Source: Gemmatimonadota bacterium (GTDB lineage: Bacteria > Gemmatimonadota > Gemmatimonadetes > Gemmatimonadales > GWC2-71-9). From it: a stretch of 41,944 bases of DNA. Below are positions 27,991-36,927 of this stretch, in pieces (position 1 is the stretch's first letter; the number at the start of each line of letters is the position of its first letter). The notes under the pieces were generated by a model. That model saw only the letters and a list, made by a program, of their open reading frames with translations. It was not told where the DNA came from and made no database searches. The stretch spans positions 1 to 41,944 of the forward strand of contig JBDHKN010000048.1 in assembly GCA_039586365.1 (NCBI GenBank), written 5' to 3'. The translations under genes were made by a program, and so were the position numbers.

Positions 27991-30372
27991 ATGTCAGCGA
28001 GCAGGGGGAAGACGACCAAGGATGTGACCGTCGCCGGTCTGTACGCCGGGGTACAGCAGGCCTTCGGGCACTGGGAAGTGATCAAGGACCTGATGGACGA
28101 GATGATCGACCTCTCGCTCAACTATCGGCAGAGCGGACATCCCGGTGGCTCGCGCTCGAAGGTTCATCTCCTGGTGAGCCTGTTGCTCTCCGGCGCCATG
28201 CGGTGGGATCTGCTGCGGCCGTGGCGACCGTTTCAGGATCGCTTCATCCTGTCCGCCGGCCACACGATCCCTCTGGTCTACTCAATGCTTGCGGTGTTCA
28301 ACGAAGCGATGCGCGAGCGACACCGGAGGACCCAAGACCCTCGCTTCGCTTTTCCCGACGACGGTGGGTGGGCCCTGACCTGGGAGGATCTGCTGCTGCT
28401 GCGGCGCAACGGCGGCTTGGCAGGTCACGCCGAGATGGAGGGGAAGACTCTGCTCCTGAAATTCAATACCGGGCCGTCGGGGCACGGCATGCCTCCCTCA
28501 GCGGGAGAAGCGCTCGCGCTCAAGCTTGCCGGGCTCGAGCAGGTAAAGGTCTTCGCCATTGAAGGCGAGGGTGGACTGACCCCCGGTGGCGGGTACGAGA
28601 CCAGGAACTCGGCGTGGGGACTCGGTCTCAGCAACCTGGTTTTTCTGGTTGACTGGAACGACTTCGGGATCGACGACCACAGCATCAGTTCGGTCGTGAG
28701 CGGGACCCCGGAGGCCTGGTTCCGTTCCAATGGCTGGCGGGTGTTCGGAACGGAGCAGGGGATGGAGTGGGGTCCGGTGGCCCGCGTCGTAATCGAAGCG
28801 GCCCGGAGCGACAACCCCGACAAGGTGCCTTCAATGGCGTGGGTCAAGACGCGTAAGGGCCGGGAATACGGGGTTTATGACAACAAGTCCCACGGCGTAC
28901 CACACAAGATGAACAGTCCCAAATTCTGGGAAGTGCGCCGGCGGTTCATGGAGAAGTACGGGATCTCGTACGAGGGCGTGGACCAACCTGCTCCAGACGA
29001 TCCCGCGGCGGTTCGCAGGCAGGCCACCAACAACTTCAGGACGGTGGCGGGCGTGCTGCACTCGCAGGAAGCGGTGCTCGAGTACCTCTCGGATCGTCTG
29101 GTCGAACTCGCGGCCGAGGTGCCCGACCGACCGGCGGCGTTCAATCTGAGTGGCAAAGCCGCGCAGATCTTCGCTGACGAGCGGATCTATGATTTCCGCC
29201 GCTACCCCGAGTCGATCTGGGCGAAGCCCGGGGAGAAGAAGCCGAACCGAGCGGCGCTGGCGTCCTGGGGTGCGTGGGTGAACACCTATGCGCGACGGGA
29301 GTACGATCGCCCCCTCTTCGTAGTCTGCTCGGCGGACCTGGCCGGGTCGACCAACATCGCCGGCTTTGCCGCCGACTTCGACGGCGTCCAAGGTTGGGGC
29401 TGGTATCACCGAGCAGACAATCCGCGCGGCTGTCTCCTGCCGCAGGAGATCACCGAGTTCACCAACGCCGGGATCATGACCGGATTGGCGACGGTGAACC
29501 TGGCGGAGGATCCCTTCGAGCAATTCAACGGCTTCTGGGGTGCCTGCTCGACTTACGGCTCGTTCAGCTATCTGAAGTACGGCCCGATGCGGCTGTTCAG
29601 CCAGCTCGCGCAGGACTGTGACTTGAGGGTCGGCAAGGTCATCTGGATCGCCGGCCACTCGGGACCCGAGACGGCCGAGGACTCGCGCACCCATTTCGGT
29701 ATCTTCGCGCCGGGCGTGACCCAGTTGTTTCCGGAAGGGCACGTCATTGATCTCCACCCGTGGGAATACAACGAGGTTCCGGTGGTGCTCGGCGCCGCGC
29801 TCAGAGAGCAGGCGCCCATCGTTGCGCTCCACCTGACGCGCCCAGCTACAGAGATCCCGGACCGAGCGGCACTCGGCATGCCGTCCCACTTCGAGGCCGC
29901 TCGCGGCGCCTACGTACTCAGGCAGTTCCGCGATGGTCAACCGCGGGGGGGGACGGTCTTCGTGCAGGGTACCACGACGACGGCCAACCTGGTGCAGCTG
30001 CTGCCCGAGTTGGATCGCGCCGGTCTCAACGTCAAGATCGTTGCCGCCATCAGCCCGCAGTTGTTCGACCTGCAGGACGAAGCCTATCGTGAAACCGTGA
30101 TCACCACGGCCGACCGTTGGGACTCGATGGTAATCTCGAACCGCGCGCTACGGGTCACCCGAGACTGGGTCACGCACCCCTTGGTGGCCGAGTACTCAAT
30201 GTGTTCCGATTGGGACAACCGCTGGCGCACCGGCGGGAGTGTGGAGGAGGTCATCGAGGAAGCTCACCTCAGCCCGGAGCATATCCTGCGGGGGATCGAG
30301 CGGTTCGTGCGCCAGCGCGACGACCGCATGCGGCGGTTGCGCCAGGTGGTGCAAGCGGCGCAAGACCGCTGA
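27991..30372 (+). CDS. tkt: Transketolase-like thiamine-diphosphate enzyme (divergent, single chain)
   Basis: 'SGHPGGS', 'DRFILSAGH', 'GHAE', 'NTGPSGHG', TPP motif variant 'EGEG..N', 'SADLAGS', 'EDSRTH'. AAGGAG RBS. Confidence 0.82.
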   Translation: MSASRGKTTKDVTVAGLYAGVQQAFGHWEVIKDLMDEMIDLSLNYRQSGHPGGSRSKVHLLVSLLLSGAMRWDLLRPWRPFQDRFILSAGHTIPLVYSMLAVFNEAMRERHRRTQDPRFAFPDDGGWALTWEDLLLLRRNGGLAGHAEMEGKTLLLKFNTGPSGHGMPPSAGEALALKLAGLEQVKVFAIEGEGGLTPGGGYETRNSAWGLGLSNLVFLVDWNDFGIDDHSISSVVSGTPEAWFRSNGWRVFGTEQGMEWGPVARVVIEAARSDNPDKVPSMAWVKTRKGREYGVYDNKSHGVPHKMNSPKFWEVRRRFMEKYGISYEGVDQPAPDDPAAVRRQATNNFRTVAGVLHSQEAVLEYLSDRLVELAAEVPDRPAAFNLSGKAAQIFADERIYDFRRYPESIWAKPGEKKPNRAALASWGAWVNTYARREYDRPLFVVCSADLAGSTNIAGFAADFDGVQGWGWYHRADNPRGCLLPQEITEFTNAGIMTGLATVNLAEDPFEQFNGFWGACSTYGSFSYLKYGPMRLFSQLAQDCDLRVGKVIWIAGHSGPETAEDSRTHFGIFAPGVTQLFPEGHVIDLHPWEYNEVPVVLGAALREQAPIVALHLTRPATEIPDRAALGMPSHFEAARGAYVLRQFRDGQPRGGTVFVQGTTTTANLVQLLPELDRAGLNVKIVAAISPQLFDLQDEAYRETVITTADRWDSMVISNRALRVTRDWVTHPLVAEYSMCSDWDNRWRTGGSVEEVIEEAHLSPEHILRGIERFVRQRDDRMRRLRQVVQAAQDR

Positions 30373-30425
30373 GGTCGAGGCTAGCTGTGAACGGGTTGCC
30401 GACCGCTTCGCTCGGTGGCAGACCT

Positions 30426-30620
30426 GTGACAAGTGGCTGATGCCGTGGTGCGGTTGATGCCTAGTGCCGAGTTGGCTTACGCCGTCGAGACGCCAAGGTC
30501 GCGGGCGCCCCGGCCGCGCGACTCGCTAGCTGCCGGCAACTCAGCTCCGCCGGCGGTCCGAGGCGCCCGCCGACCGAGCGTCTCTCAGGCGTCAAGCCAA
30601 CTCGGCACTCGCCACGTCGC
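30426..30620 (+). repeat. Long hairpin repeat, full copy (copy 2); core stem 30463-30609
   Basis: AGTGCCGAGTTGGCTTACGCC..CGGGCGCCCCGGCCGC pairs with GCGGTCCGAGGCGCCCG..GGCGTCAAGCCAACTCGGCACT. Confidence 0.85.
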
Positions 30621-30718
30621 TGCAGGACGTAGTAGGCGTGCTGGAGCGCGAGATCACCACTGAATCCGCAGCTTGTTCCAGCCGATGAAAGCCGCGCTGG
30701 GTGGCTGCGCGTCTTACT

Positions 30719-30946
30719 TCACGCAGCCTGGTAACGGAGCACCGTGACTGACGATCCACCGCCCGCCGCAGCTTCGGCCGTCTCGAGAGCGTGAGCCGCA
30801 GTTTCGTCGCTCACGTATTCCTCACCACAGTTCGGACAGACCAGGCCAGGGACTTCCTTGACGACGACGGTCGTGCCCGAGCGCTCAAACGTCAGAGTCA
30901 ACAGTCCCTTGTCCAGATTCTCCTGTTGGCAAATGGAGCACTTCAT
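30719..30946 (-). CDS. YgiT-type zinc-finger protein (MqsA-like antitoxin)
   Basis: 'MKCSIC...TVVVKEVPGLVCPNCGEEY'; ATGA overlap with the upstream DUF4258 gene. Confidence 0.88.
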   Translation of the reverse strand: MKCSICQQENLDKGLLTLTFERSGTTVVVKEVPGLVCPNCGEEYVSDETAAHALETAEAAAGGGSSVTVLRYQAA

Positions 30947-31227
30947 CGTCGCCTCCGTCGAAAGCCCGGGTGCCACCGGCCAGCATCCGGTCTGTATGCC
31001 GTTATGACCACCGTAATGTCGCCGTCCGGATCATCGGCCGCCACCACGTGCAGCGGCTCAGCTAGCACCCAACCCAGCACGAGACGACTCGGTATGGGAC
31101 GGTCGTGGAGGTACTCCGCTATCGTCTCGCCTGATTCCAGCACATGGCGAACGTCCTGGGCCGAGATATGTCGCTCGAACATTCGTCGCAACGTGTGGGC
31201 CCGAAACACCAGGTGTCGGCCAACCAC
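30943..31227 (-). CDS. DUF4258-domain protein (putative toxin)
   Basis: 'HTLRRMFERHIS..V..VL..GETIAEY..DRP.PSRLVLG....PLHVVAA....VITAYRPD..W'. Confidence 0.85.
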   Translation of the reverse strand: MVGRHLVFRAHTLRRMFERHISAQDVRHVLESGETIAEYLHDRPIPSRLVLGWVLAEPLHVVAADDPDGDITVVITAYRPDAGRWHPGFRRRRR

Positions 31228-31414
31228 TGACGATGGTTAGCTGATGCGGCGATAGGTGCGGTAACCGGATCGATGCGTATCGGATCGATATGTGGCGGGT
31301 CGAGCCCGGCTTCGCGCGAATCTCGCCAGCGCGGCCGTGAAACCAATTGGTCGTCGATCCCGTAACAGATACCATTCCGCATGGTAGTCTACTTTGTGGC
31401 CTAATAGTCGAGGG

Positions 31415-31744
31415 ATGATGTCCAAAGCGTACCTTGGCGTATTCGAACAGATGGTCCTGCTCGCGATTCTCCGACAGGGTGACAACGCATTCGGGTTGGA
31501 GGTGCGTCGCGAGATCGAGGCCAGCGCGAACCGCAAGGTCTCCAGGAGCGCGTTTTACACCACCCTCGACAGGTTGGAGAAGAAGGGGTTCGTGAAGTGG
31601 GCTCCGATGGCCGCGGAGAGCCCGCGCCGCGTGGCTCCGATCCGGCTCTTTAGGGTGACACAGGCCGGACTAGCGGCCCTCAGAGACTCGCGTGGCGCAC
31701 TCGAGGCCCTCTGGCGAGGGATGGAAGAAGTGGTGGTGGGATGA
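31415..31744 (+). CDS. padR: PadR-family transcriptional regulator
   Basis: 'LGVFEQMVLLAILR..AFGLEVRREIE..YTTLDRLEKKG..FRVTQAG'. Confidence 0.9.
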   Translation: MMSKAYLGVFEQMVLLAILRQGDNAFGLEVRREIEASANRKVSRSAFYTTLDRLEKKGFVKWAPMAAESPRRVAPIRLFRVTQAGLAALRDSRGALEALWRGMEEVVVG

Positions 31745-34506
31745 GTCCGCGCGGCCCGAGCCCTCGGGGCGTCCCCACTCCTCCGCGTCTCGCCGAGTTC
31801 TTTCTGAGATTGGCGCTGCCGGCGGGAGTGGTGGGGGAAAGTATCAAGGGCGACCTGGACCAGGAGTTTGTCGAGTACCTGGCCAGGAACTCGGTGCTAC
31901 GCGCCCGAGCGTGGTATGTGCTGGAAACCCTGAGGTTCGGGACGCGCTACGGCCGGCGCCGCCTAAACGGGTGGGTTCGCTCGCGGCCAAGCGATGTGAG
32001 ACGTTCAGGAGATCCTATTATGAGTGTGTTCTGGCAAGAGCTGCGCTATGCAGTGCGACGCCTGGTGCGAAGCCCCCTATTCAGCATCGTCGCCGTTGTT
32101 ACCCTGGCAATCGGCATCGGTGCAAACACGGCCATTTTCAGTCTGGTGAACGGGATCCTCCTGAAGCCCCTCCCCTTCGATGAGCCTGACCAACTCGTCG
32201 GCGTGTGGCATACCGCCCCCGGGCTGGGGTTCGACGACGTAAACCAGTCGCCGGCGCTTCACTTCACGTATTTGGATGAGGGACGCTCATTCTCCGAGAT
32301 AGGGATGTGGGACAATGGGACCGCCTCGGTCACCGGTTTGGACGAGCCGGAAGAGGCGGAGATCATGGAGGTCACGGAGGGGACCTTCCGGGCCCTAAGG
32401 CTCCAGCCGGTGTTGGGCCGAGGCTTCAGCGCGGAAGACGACAGCCCCGGCACACCCCTCACTGTCATTCTGAGCTACGACTATTGGCAGACCCGTTTCG
32501 GGGGTGACCCCGCCGTGCTCGGCCGAACTCTCAACGTAGAGAGCCGTTCGCGCGAGATCATCGGCGTCATGGGTGCCGACGCGCGCTTCCTCCACTTCGA
32601 TCCGGCATTCTATCTCCCCTTCCGCTTCGATCGGTCGGAGATCGCCGTTGGGAACTTCAGCTACCAGGGCCTGGCCCGCCTGGCCCCCGGCGTCACGCTG
32701 GCGCAGGCCAACGCCGACATGGCCCGTATGCTTCCCATGGCCGTCGACAAGTTCCCCGGGGGAATCACTCACGAGATCATGGAGCAGGCACAGTTCGGCC
32801 CCAACGCCAGGCCTTTGAAGACCGACGTGGTGGGGGATGTGGGTGAGGTTCTCTGGGTGTTGCTGGGCACCGTTGGCATGATCCTCCTCATCGCCTGCGC
32901 CAACGTGGCGAATCTGTTCCTGGTCCGGGCCGAGGGCCGGGAGAAGGAGATGGCGGTGCGGACGGCCATGGGGGCCGGGCGGGCCCGCATCGCCAGGGAG
33001 TTCCTGACTGAGAGTCTCCTCCTGGGAGGGCTGGGTGGCCTCAGCGCTATCATACTGGCCTACGGTGGGCTGGAGCTGCTGCGCTCGCTGGGCCCGGCGG
33101 AGCTTCCCCGCCTGGCAGATGCTACGCTGGACTGGCAGGTCCTCCTGTTCACCCTGGCGATCTCGCTGTTTTCAGGTGTTTTCTTTGGGATGTTTCCCAT
33201 TCTCAAGTACCGCAGAGGAGCACTGGTAGGCGCCCTGAAGGAGGGGGGGCGAGGTGGCAGCGCAGGCCGCGAGAAGCACCAAGTCCGCAATACCCTTGTG
33301 GTGGTCCAGATGGCACTGGCGCTGCTTCTGTTGGTAGGCTCGGGTCTCATGATCCGGAGCTTCCAGGCTCTGCGGAATGTGGACCCGGGGTTCCGGAATG
33401 GTGAGGAGGTACTCCTGGTTCGCCTGAGCATCCCCGGGGCGCAGGTGGAAGACCCGGTTGAGGTAACTCAGACACACCAGCTCATCGCCCAACGCATCGG
33501 TCAGATACCCGGAGTCACGAGCGTCGGAAGCTCCACCTCTGTTACCATAGACGGATGGGATTCCAACGATCCCGTCTACGTGGAGGAGTTCCCGGTGCCG
33601 GAGGGGCAGATTCCCGACATCCGACGCATGAAGTGGGTGTCGGACTCCTACTTCGAGACCATGCAGATCCCGGTGCTGGCCGGCCGGGCGCTGGAATGGC
33701 GGGATTCTCACGAGTTGAACAAAGTAGTCATGGTCACGGAGAACTTCGCCCGGGAGTACTGGGATTCTCCCGCCGACGCAGTGGGCAAGCGCATCGCAAC
33801 CGGCCTCACCCCCGGAAACTGGTACGAGATTGTGGGGGTCAGTGGGAACGTCCGAGACGACGGCCTGGACCAGGACCCCACGGCGGTGGTCTATTGGCCC
33901 ATGATGCTGCGGAACGTCTGGGCAGCGATGCCCGGGGAAACTGACGAAGTCGTCGTACACCGCTCCCTGTACTACGCCATCCGAAGCGCACGGGTCGGTT
34001 CCCCTGAGTTCTTTGCCGAGGTGCGGGAAGCCATCTGGGCGGTGAACCCGAATCTCCCCCTGGCCGGGATACGGGGCCTCGACGAACTGCTGGACCGATC
34101 CATGGCCCGGACATCGTTCTCTCTCATCATGCTGGGAATCGCCGCAGCCGTGGCACTGGTGCTGGGTGTCGTCGGGATCTACGGCGTCATCAGTTACATC
34201 GTCAGCCGGCGGACCCGCGAGCTGGGGGTGCGGCTTGCCCTGGGAGCCAACGCCGGTGACGTCCGGAGGATGGTCCTGAAGCAGGGTTTGATCCTCTCCG
34301 GAACCGGGGTGCTCATCGGATTGGGGGCCGCCATCGGACTTACGCGCCTCATGGGGGCGCTGCTCTACGGCGTGGATCCGGTGGACCCTGTTACCTTCGG
34401 CTCGGTGGCCGTATCGCTCACCGTTGTGGCCCTCCTGGCGAGCTACATCCCGGCTGCAAGGGCTGCCAGCATCGACCCAGTGGAGGCGATCCGGAGCGAG
34501 CTGTAG
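31741..34506 (+). CDS. ADOP-family duplicated ABC permease
   Basis: 'PPRLAEFFL' prefix, 'ELRYAVRRL', 'GIGANTAIFS', 'LLIACANVANLFLVRAEGR', 'RTRELGVRLALGA', 'PAARAASIDPVEAIRSE'. ATGA overlap with padR. Confidence 0.93.
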   Translation: MSPRGPSPRGVPTPPRLAEFFLRLALPAGVVGESIKGDLDQEFVEYLARNSVLRARAWYVLETLRFGTRYGRRRLNGWVRSRPSDVRRSGDPIMSVFWQELRYAVRRLVRSPLFSIVAVVTLAIGIGANTAIFSLVNGILLKPLPFDEPDQLVGVWHTAPGLGFDDVNQSPALHFTYLDEGRSFSEIGMWDNGTASVTGLDEPEEAEIMEVTEGTFRALRLQPVLGRGFSAEDDSPGTPLTVILSYDYWQTRFGGDPAVLGRTLNVESRSREIIGVMGADARFLHFDPAFYLPFRFDRSEIAVGNFSYQGLARLAPGVTLAQANADMARMLPMAVDKFPGGITHEIMEQAQFGPNARPLKTDVVGDVGEVLWVLLGTVGMILLIACANVANLFLVRAEGREKEMAVRTAMGAGRARIAREFLTESLLLGGLGGLSAIILAYGGLELLRSLGPAELPRLADATLDWQVLLFTLAISLFSGVFFGMFPILKYRRGALVGALKEGGRGGSAGREKHQVRNTLVVVQMALALLLLVGSGLMIRSFQALRNVDPGFRNGEEVLLVRLSIPGAQVEDPVEVTQTHQLIAQRIGQIPGVTSVGSSTSVTIDGWDSNDPVYVEEFPVPEGQIPDIRRMKWVSDSYFETMQIPVLAGRALEWRDSHELNKVVMVTENFAREYWDSPADAVGKRIATGLTPGNWYEIVGVSGNVRDDGLDQDPTAVVYWPMMLRNVWAAMPGETDEVVVHRSLYYAIRSARVGSPEFFAEVREAIWAVNPNLPLAGIRGLDELLDRSMARTSFSLIMLGIAAAVALVLGVVGIYGVISYIVSRRTRELGVRLALGANAGDVRRMVLKQGLILSGTGVLIGLGAAIGLTRLMGALLYGVDPVDPVTFGSVAVSLTVVALLASYIPAARAASIDPVEAIRSEL

Positions 34507-34590
34507 GCACCGTTACGTCGCGGAACGCAGCAAGCCGCACTTCTCGCTGGAGTCGACGTGCGGATTAGGGGAGACGCTCGGGCTTGCAGT

Positions 34591-35319
34591 TTACTGAGTG
34601 CTCCGCTGCGGCCGCGACGGCCTCAGCTCCACACGGCTCGGCAGCGCACGATCCTCGTGCTCCAGCAGTTGCCGCACCACCCGCGCCACGTCCTCCGGTG
34701 CGAGCTTCCAGGATTCGCCTGACGGCTCTTTGTCGTTGAAGTAGGTGTCCACTGAGCCCGGCATGATGCAACTGACCCGAATGTTGTGCTCGCGCACGTC
34801 CAACATGAGAGCTTCGGTGAAGCCAACCAGCCCGAACTTCGAGGCGTTGTAAGCGGTGCCGCCGGCGAAGGCGTAGCGGCCGGCCAGGCTGCCGATGGTG
34901 ATGATCCAGCCGCCGCCACGCTGCTTCAGCTCAGGCACCGCCAGGTGGCAGCAGTGGTAGACGCCGGTCAAGTTGGTGTCGATCACCTGATGCCAGTCGT
35001 CCGGCGCGATCTCGTCGATCGGCCCGAAGCCGCCACCCACGCCTGCGTTGGCGATCAGGATGTCGAGACCGCCGAACTGGTGCACCGCGGTATCCACCAA
35101 GTGCCTGACGTCCTCCTCGCGGCGCACATCGGCCTGGACGCCGAGGACGCTACCGCCGCCCGAACCGGCCAAACTCGCAGCCGCCGCTGCGGCTTCAGCC
35201 GCCCGCCGCGAGCAGAGCGCCACATCGGCGCCGGCCTCCGCCAGCGACGCGGCAATCGCGCGCCCGATTCCTTTGCTTCCCCCAGTCACGATCGCAACCT
35301 TCCCAGCGAGAGCCGGCAT
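34591..35319 (-). CDS. Classical SDR NAD(P)-dependent oxidoreductase (intact copy)
   Basis: [16 protein letters not shown] and 'IMPGSVDT'. GGAGGAG RBS. Confidence 0.92.
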   Translation of the reverse strand: MPALAGKVAIVTGGSKGIGRAIAASLAEAGADVALCSRRAAEAAAAAASLAGSGGGSVLGVQADVRREEDVRHLVDTAVHQFGGLDILIANAGVGGGFGPIDEIAPDDWHQVIDTNLTGVYHCCHLAVPELKQRGGGWIITIGSLAGRYAFAGGTAYNASKFGLVGFTEALMLDVREHNIRVSCIMPGSVDTYFNDKEPSGESWKLAPEDVARVVRQLLEHEDRALPSRVELRPSRPQRSTQ

Positions 35320-35420
35320 GTCAGTGTCTCCTCCCTGAGTCTCGCTTAAGGTTACCCTGCGATTGTCGAGTGTCGAGGCACGCAATCGCCCAGTGGGCCG
35401 CTGCTGGGTGCCAGACCTTC

Positions 35421-35611
35421 GACGAGTGACTGATGTTGCAGTGCGGCTGTTCGCCCGGTGTCGCGTTGGCTTACGCCGTCGAGACGCCAAGGTCGCGGGC
35501 GCCCCGGCCGCGTGACTTCTTAGATCGTGGGAACTCCATCCCGCGGCGGTCCGAGGTGCCCGACGACCGAGCGTCTCTAAGGCGTTAAGCCAACTCGACG
35601 CTGACGACCGC
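35421..35611 (+). repeat. Long hairpin repeat, full copy (copy 3)
   Basis: Shares GTTGGCTTACGCCGTCGAGACGCCAAGGTCGCGGGCGCCCCGGCCGCG with copy 2; the loop differs and the right arm is conserved. Confidence 0.85.
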
Positions 35612-35665
35612 GCTGACTGGCACGCGCAGCGCGCGGCTGGGCGCAGCACCAACGGCACAAGCCAA

Positions 35666-35697
35666 GGGCCGCGTAGGTCTCTTAGCCCACGCGGCCC
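35666..35697 (-). terminator. Intrinsic terminator-like hairpin downstream of the DoxX gene
   Basis: GGGCCGCGT..ACGCGGCCC stem followed on the minus strand by TTGGCTTGT (weak U tract). Confidence 0.45.
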
Positions 35698-35722
35698 GGA
35701 TCACTAGTCGCTATGCTGCAGC

Positions 35723-36223
35723 TCAGGCCGCAGCCCGCAGCCTCTGTTCTGAATGACGGCGGTTGTCCTCCCGGTCGCTCCAGCGTGACGCGAGCACCCG
35801 GTCGATCGACAGGGCGCCAGATCCTTTGATCGCCACGACGAGAGCGAGGCCAACTGCCAGCAGGTGGAATTCGAAGCCTTCACCGGCCTGCGTGCCGGTC
35901 CAATTCATGAAGAAGCCGACGCTGGCGTGCTGCAACAGGACCGCACCGGTCATGACGGCGGCGATGCCGAGCGCAGCGAAGCGGCCCGCCAAGCCCATGA
36001 TCAGCGCCAGGGCGCCGAACGACTCGGCCGCGATTACGAGCACGGTGAGCGCCGCCGGGATACCCCAGGCACTCTGGAAGAACCCAATCGTCCCCGAGAC
36101 ACCGCCACCCCCGAACCAGCCTAACAGCTTCTGGGCCCCGTGGGGCAAGATCACGATTCCGAGGGCAAGCCGCGCCAGCGTGGTAGCGTAATCGGCGTCG
36201 GTACGCAACAGTCTGTTCCACAT
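35723..36223 (-). CDS. DoxX-family membrane protein
   Basis: 'RLALGIVILPHGAQKLLGWFGG', 'GFFMNW', 'GEGFEFHLL', 'GSGALSID'. GAAAGGAG RBS. Confidence 0.92.
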   Translation of the reverse strand: MWNRLLRTDADYATTLARLALGIVILPHGAQKLLGWFGGGGVSGTIGFFQSAWGIPAALTVLVIAAESFGALALIMGLAGRFAALGIAAVMTGAVLLQHASVGFFMNWTGTQAGEGFEFHLLAVGLALVVAIKGSGALSIDRVLASRWSDREDNRRHSEQRLRAAA

Positions 36224-36268
36224 GATGTTTGGTCTCCTTTCCTGTTTAGTTGTCTATTGTCTTACCAT

Positions 36269-36287
36269 CTATTGACTAATCAACTAT
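36269..36287 (-). promoter_or_regulatory. Probable MarR operator upstream of the DoxX gene
   Basis: Minus strand ATAGTTGA-TTAG-TCAATAG; the same motif occurs at 36820-36837. Confidence 0.65.
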
Positions 36288-36313
36288 TGGTCCATAAAAA
36301 ATGTTCCGCTGCC

Positions 36314-36799
36314 CTATCTCAGTCCCGCCCGCACTTTGTCCAGCAAGCGGATCAGCTCGCGCCCCTCAGCCCTGGAAAGGCCACGCACGGCGGCGTTGTC
36401 CGCCTCGTCCACCACCTTGTCGATGCGTGCCAGCAGCCGCACCCCGTCGGGGGTGACGTAGCAGCGGACCTCCCGCCGGTCGTCGGCCGAGCGCTCGCGC
36501 CGCACCCACCGGTGGGCCTCCAGGCGGTCCAACATCCGGGTGATCCCCGGCGCCCGCTCGATCAGCCGGTTCGCCAACTCGAGCGTGCAGAGACCCTCTC
36601 GTCCTGCCCCCCGGAGGATGCGCAGCACGTTGTACTGCGGTGCGGTGATCCCGTAGGGTGCCAGCGTCTCGGTCCAGCGGCGTCGCACCACATCCGCGGT
36701 GCGCAACAGCCCCACCGTGGCCTCGTGTCCCACCGACCGAAACGGTTTGCGCTGCTTGAGCTCCTGCTGCAGCAAGCTCTGGGTGATCGGTCTTGTCAT
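36314..36799 (-). CDS. MarR-family transcriptional regulator
   Basis: 'GITAPQYNVLRILRGA', 'TRMLDRLE..WVRRERSADDRR....TPDG'. Confidence 0.92.
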   Translation of the reverse strand: MTRPITQSLLQQELKQRKPFRSVGHEATVGLLRTADVVRRRWTETLAPYGITAPQYNVLRILRGAGREGLCTLELANRLIERAPGITRMLDRLEAHRWVRRERSADDRREVRCYVTPDGVRLLARIDKVVDEADNAAVRGLSRAEGRELIRLLDKVRAGLR

Positions 36800-36805
36800 G
36801 CCCTT

Positions 36806-36837
36806 AAATTACAGGTGAATAGTTGAGATGTCAAGTA
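36806..36837 (-). promoter_or_regulatory. Sigma70 promoter (probably leaderless) of marR, overlapped by an operator
   Basis: Minus strand TTGACA-17 bp-TAATTT-6 nt-ATG; palindrome TAGTTGA-GATG-TCAAGTA overlaps the -35. Confidence 0.75.
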
Positions 36838-36927
36838 ATTGCGAAATCCTGTCACCGGTAGTACATGGTTCCGCCTGCAGGTGCCAGGAGGCGTGCCGAG
36901 GGAGTCGTTCGGATGCAGCGCGCGAAG

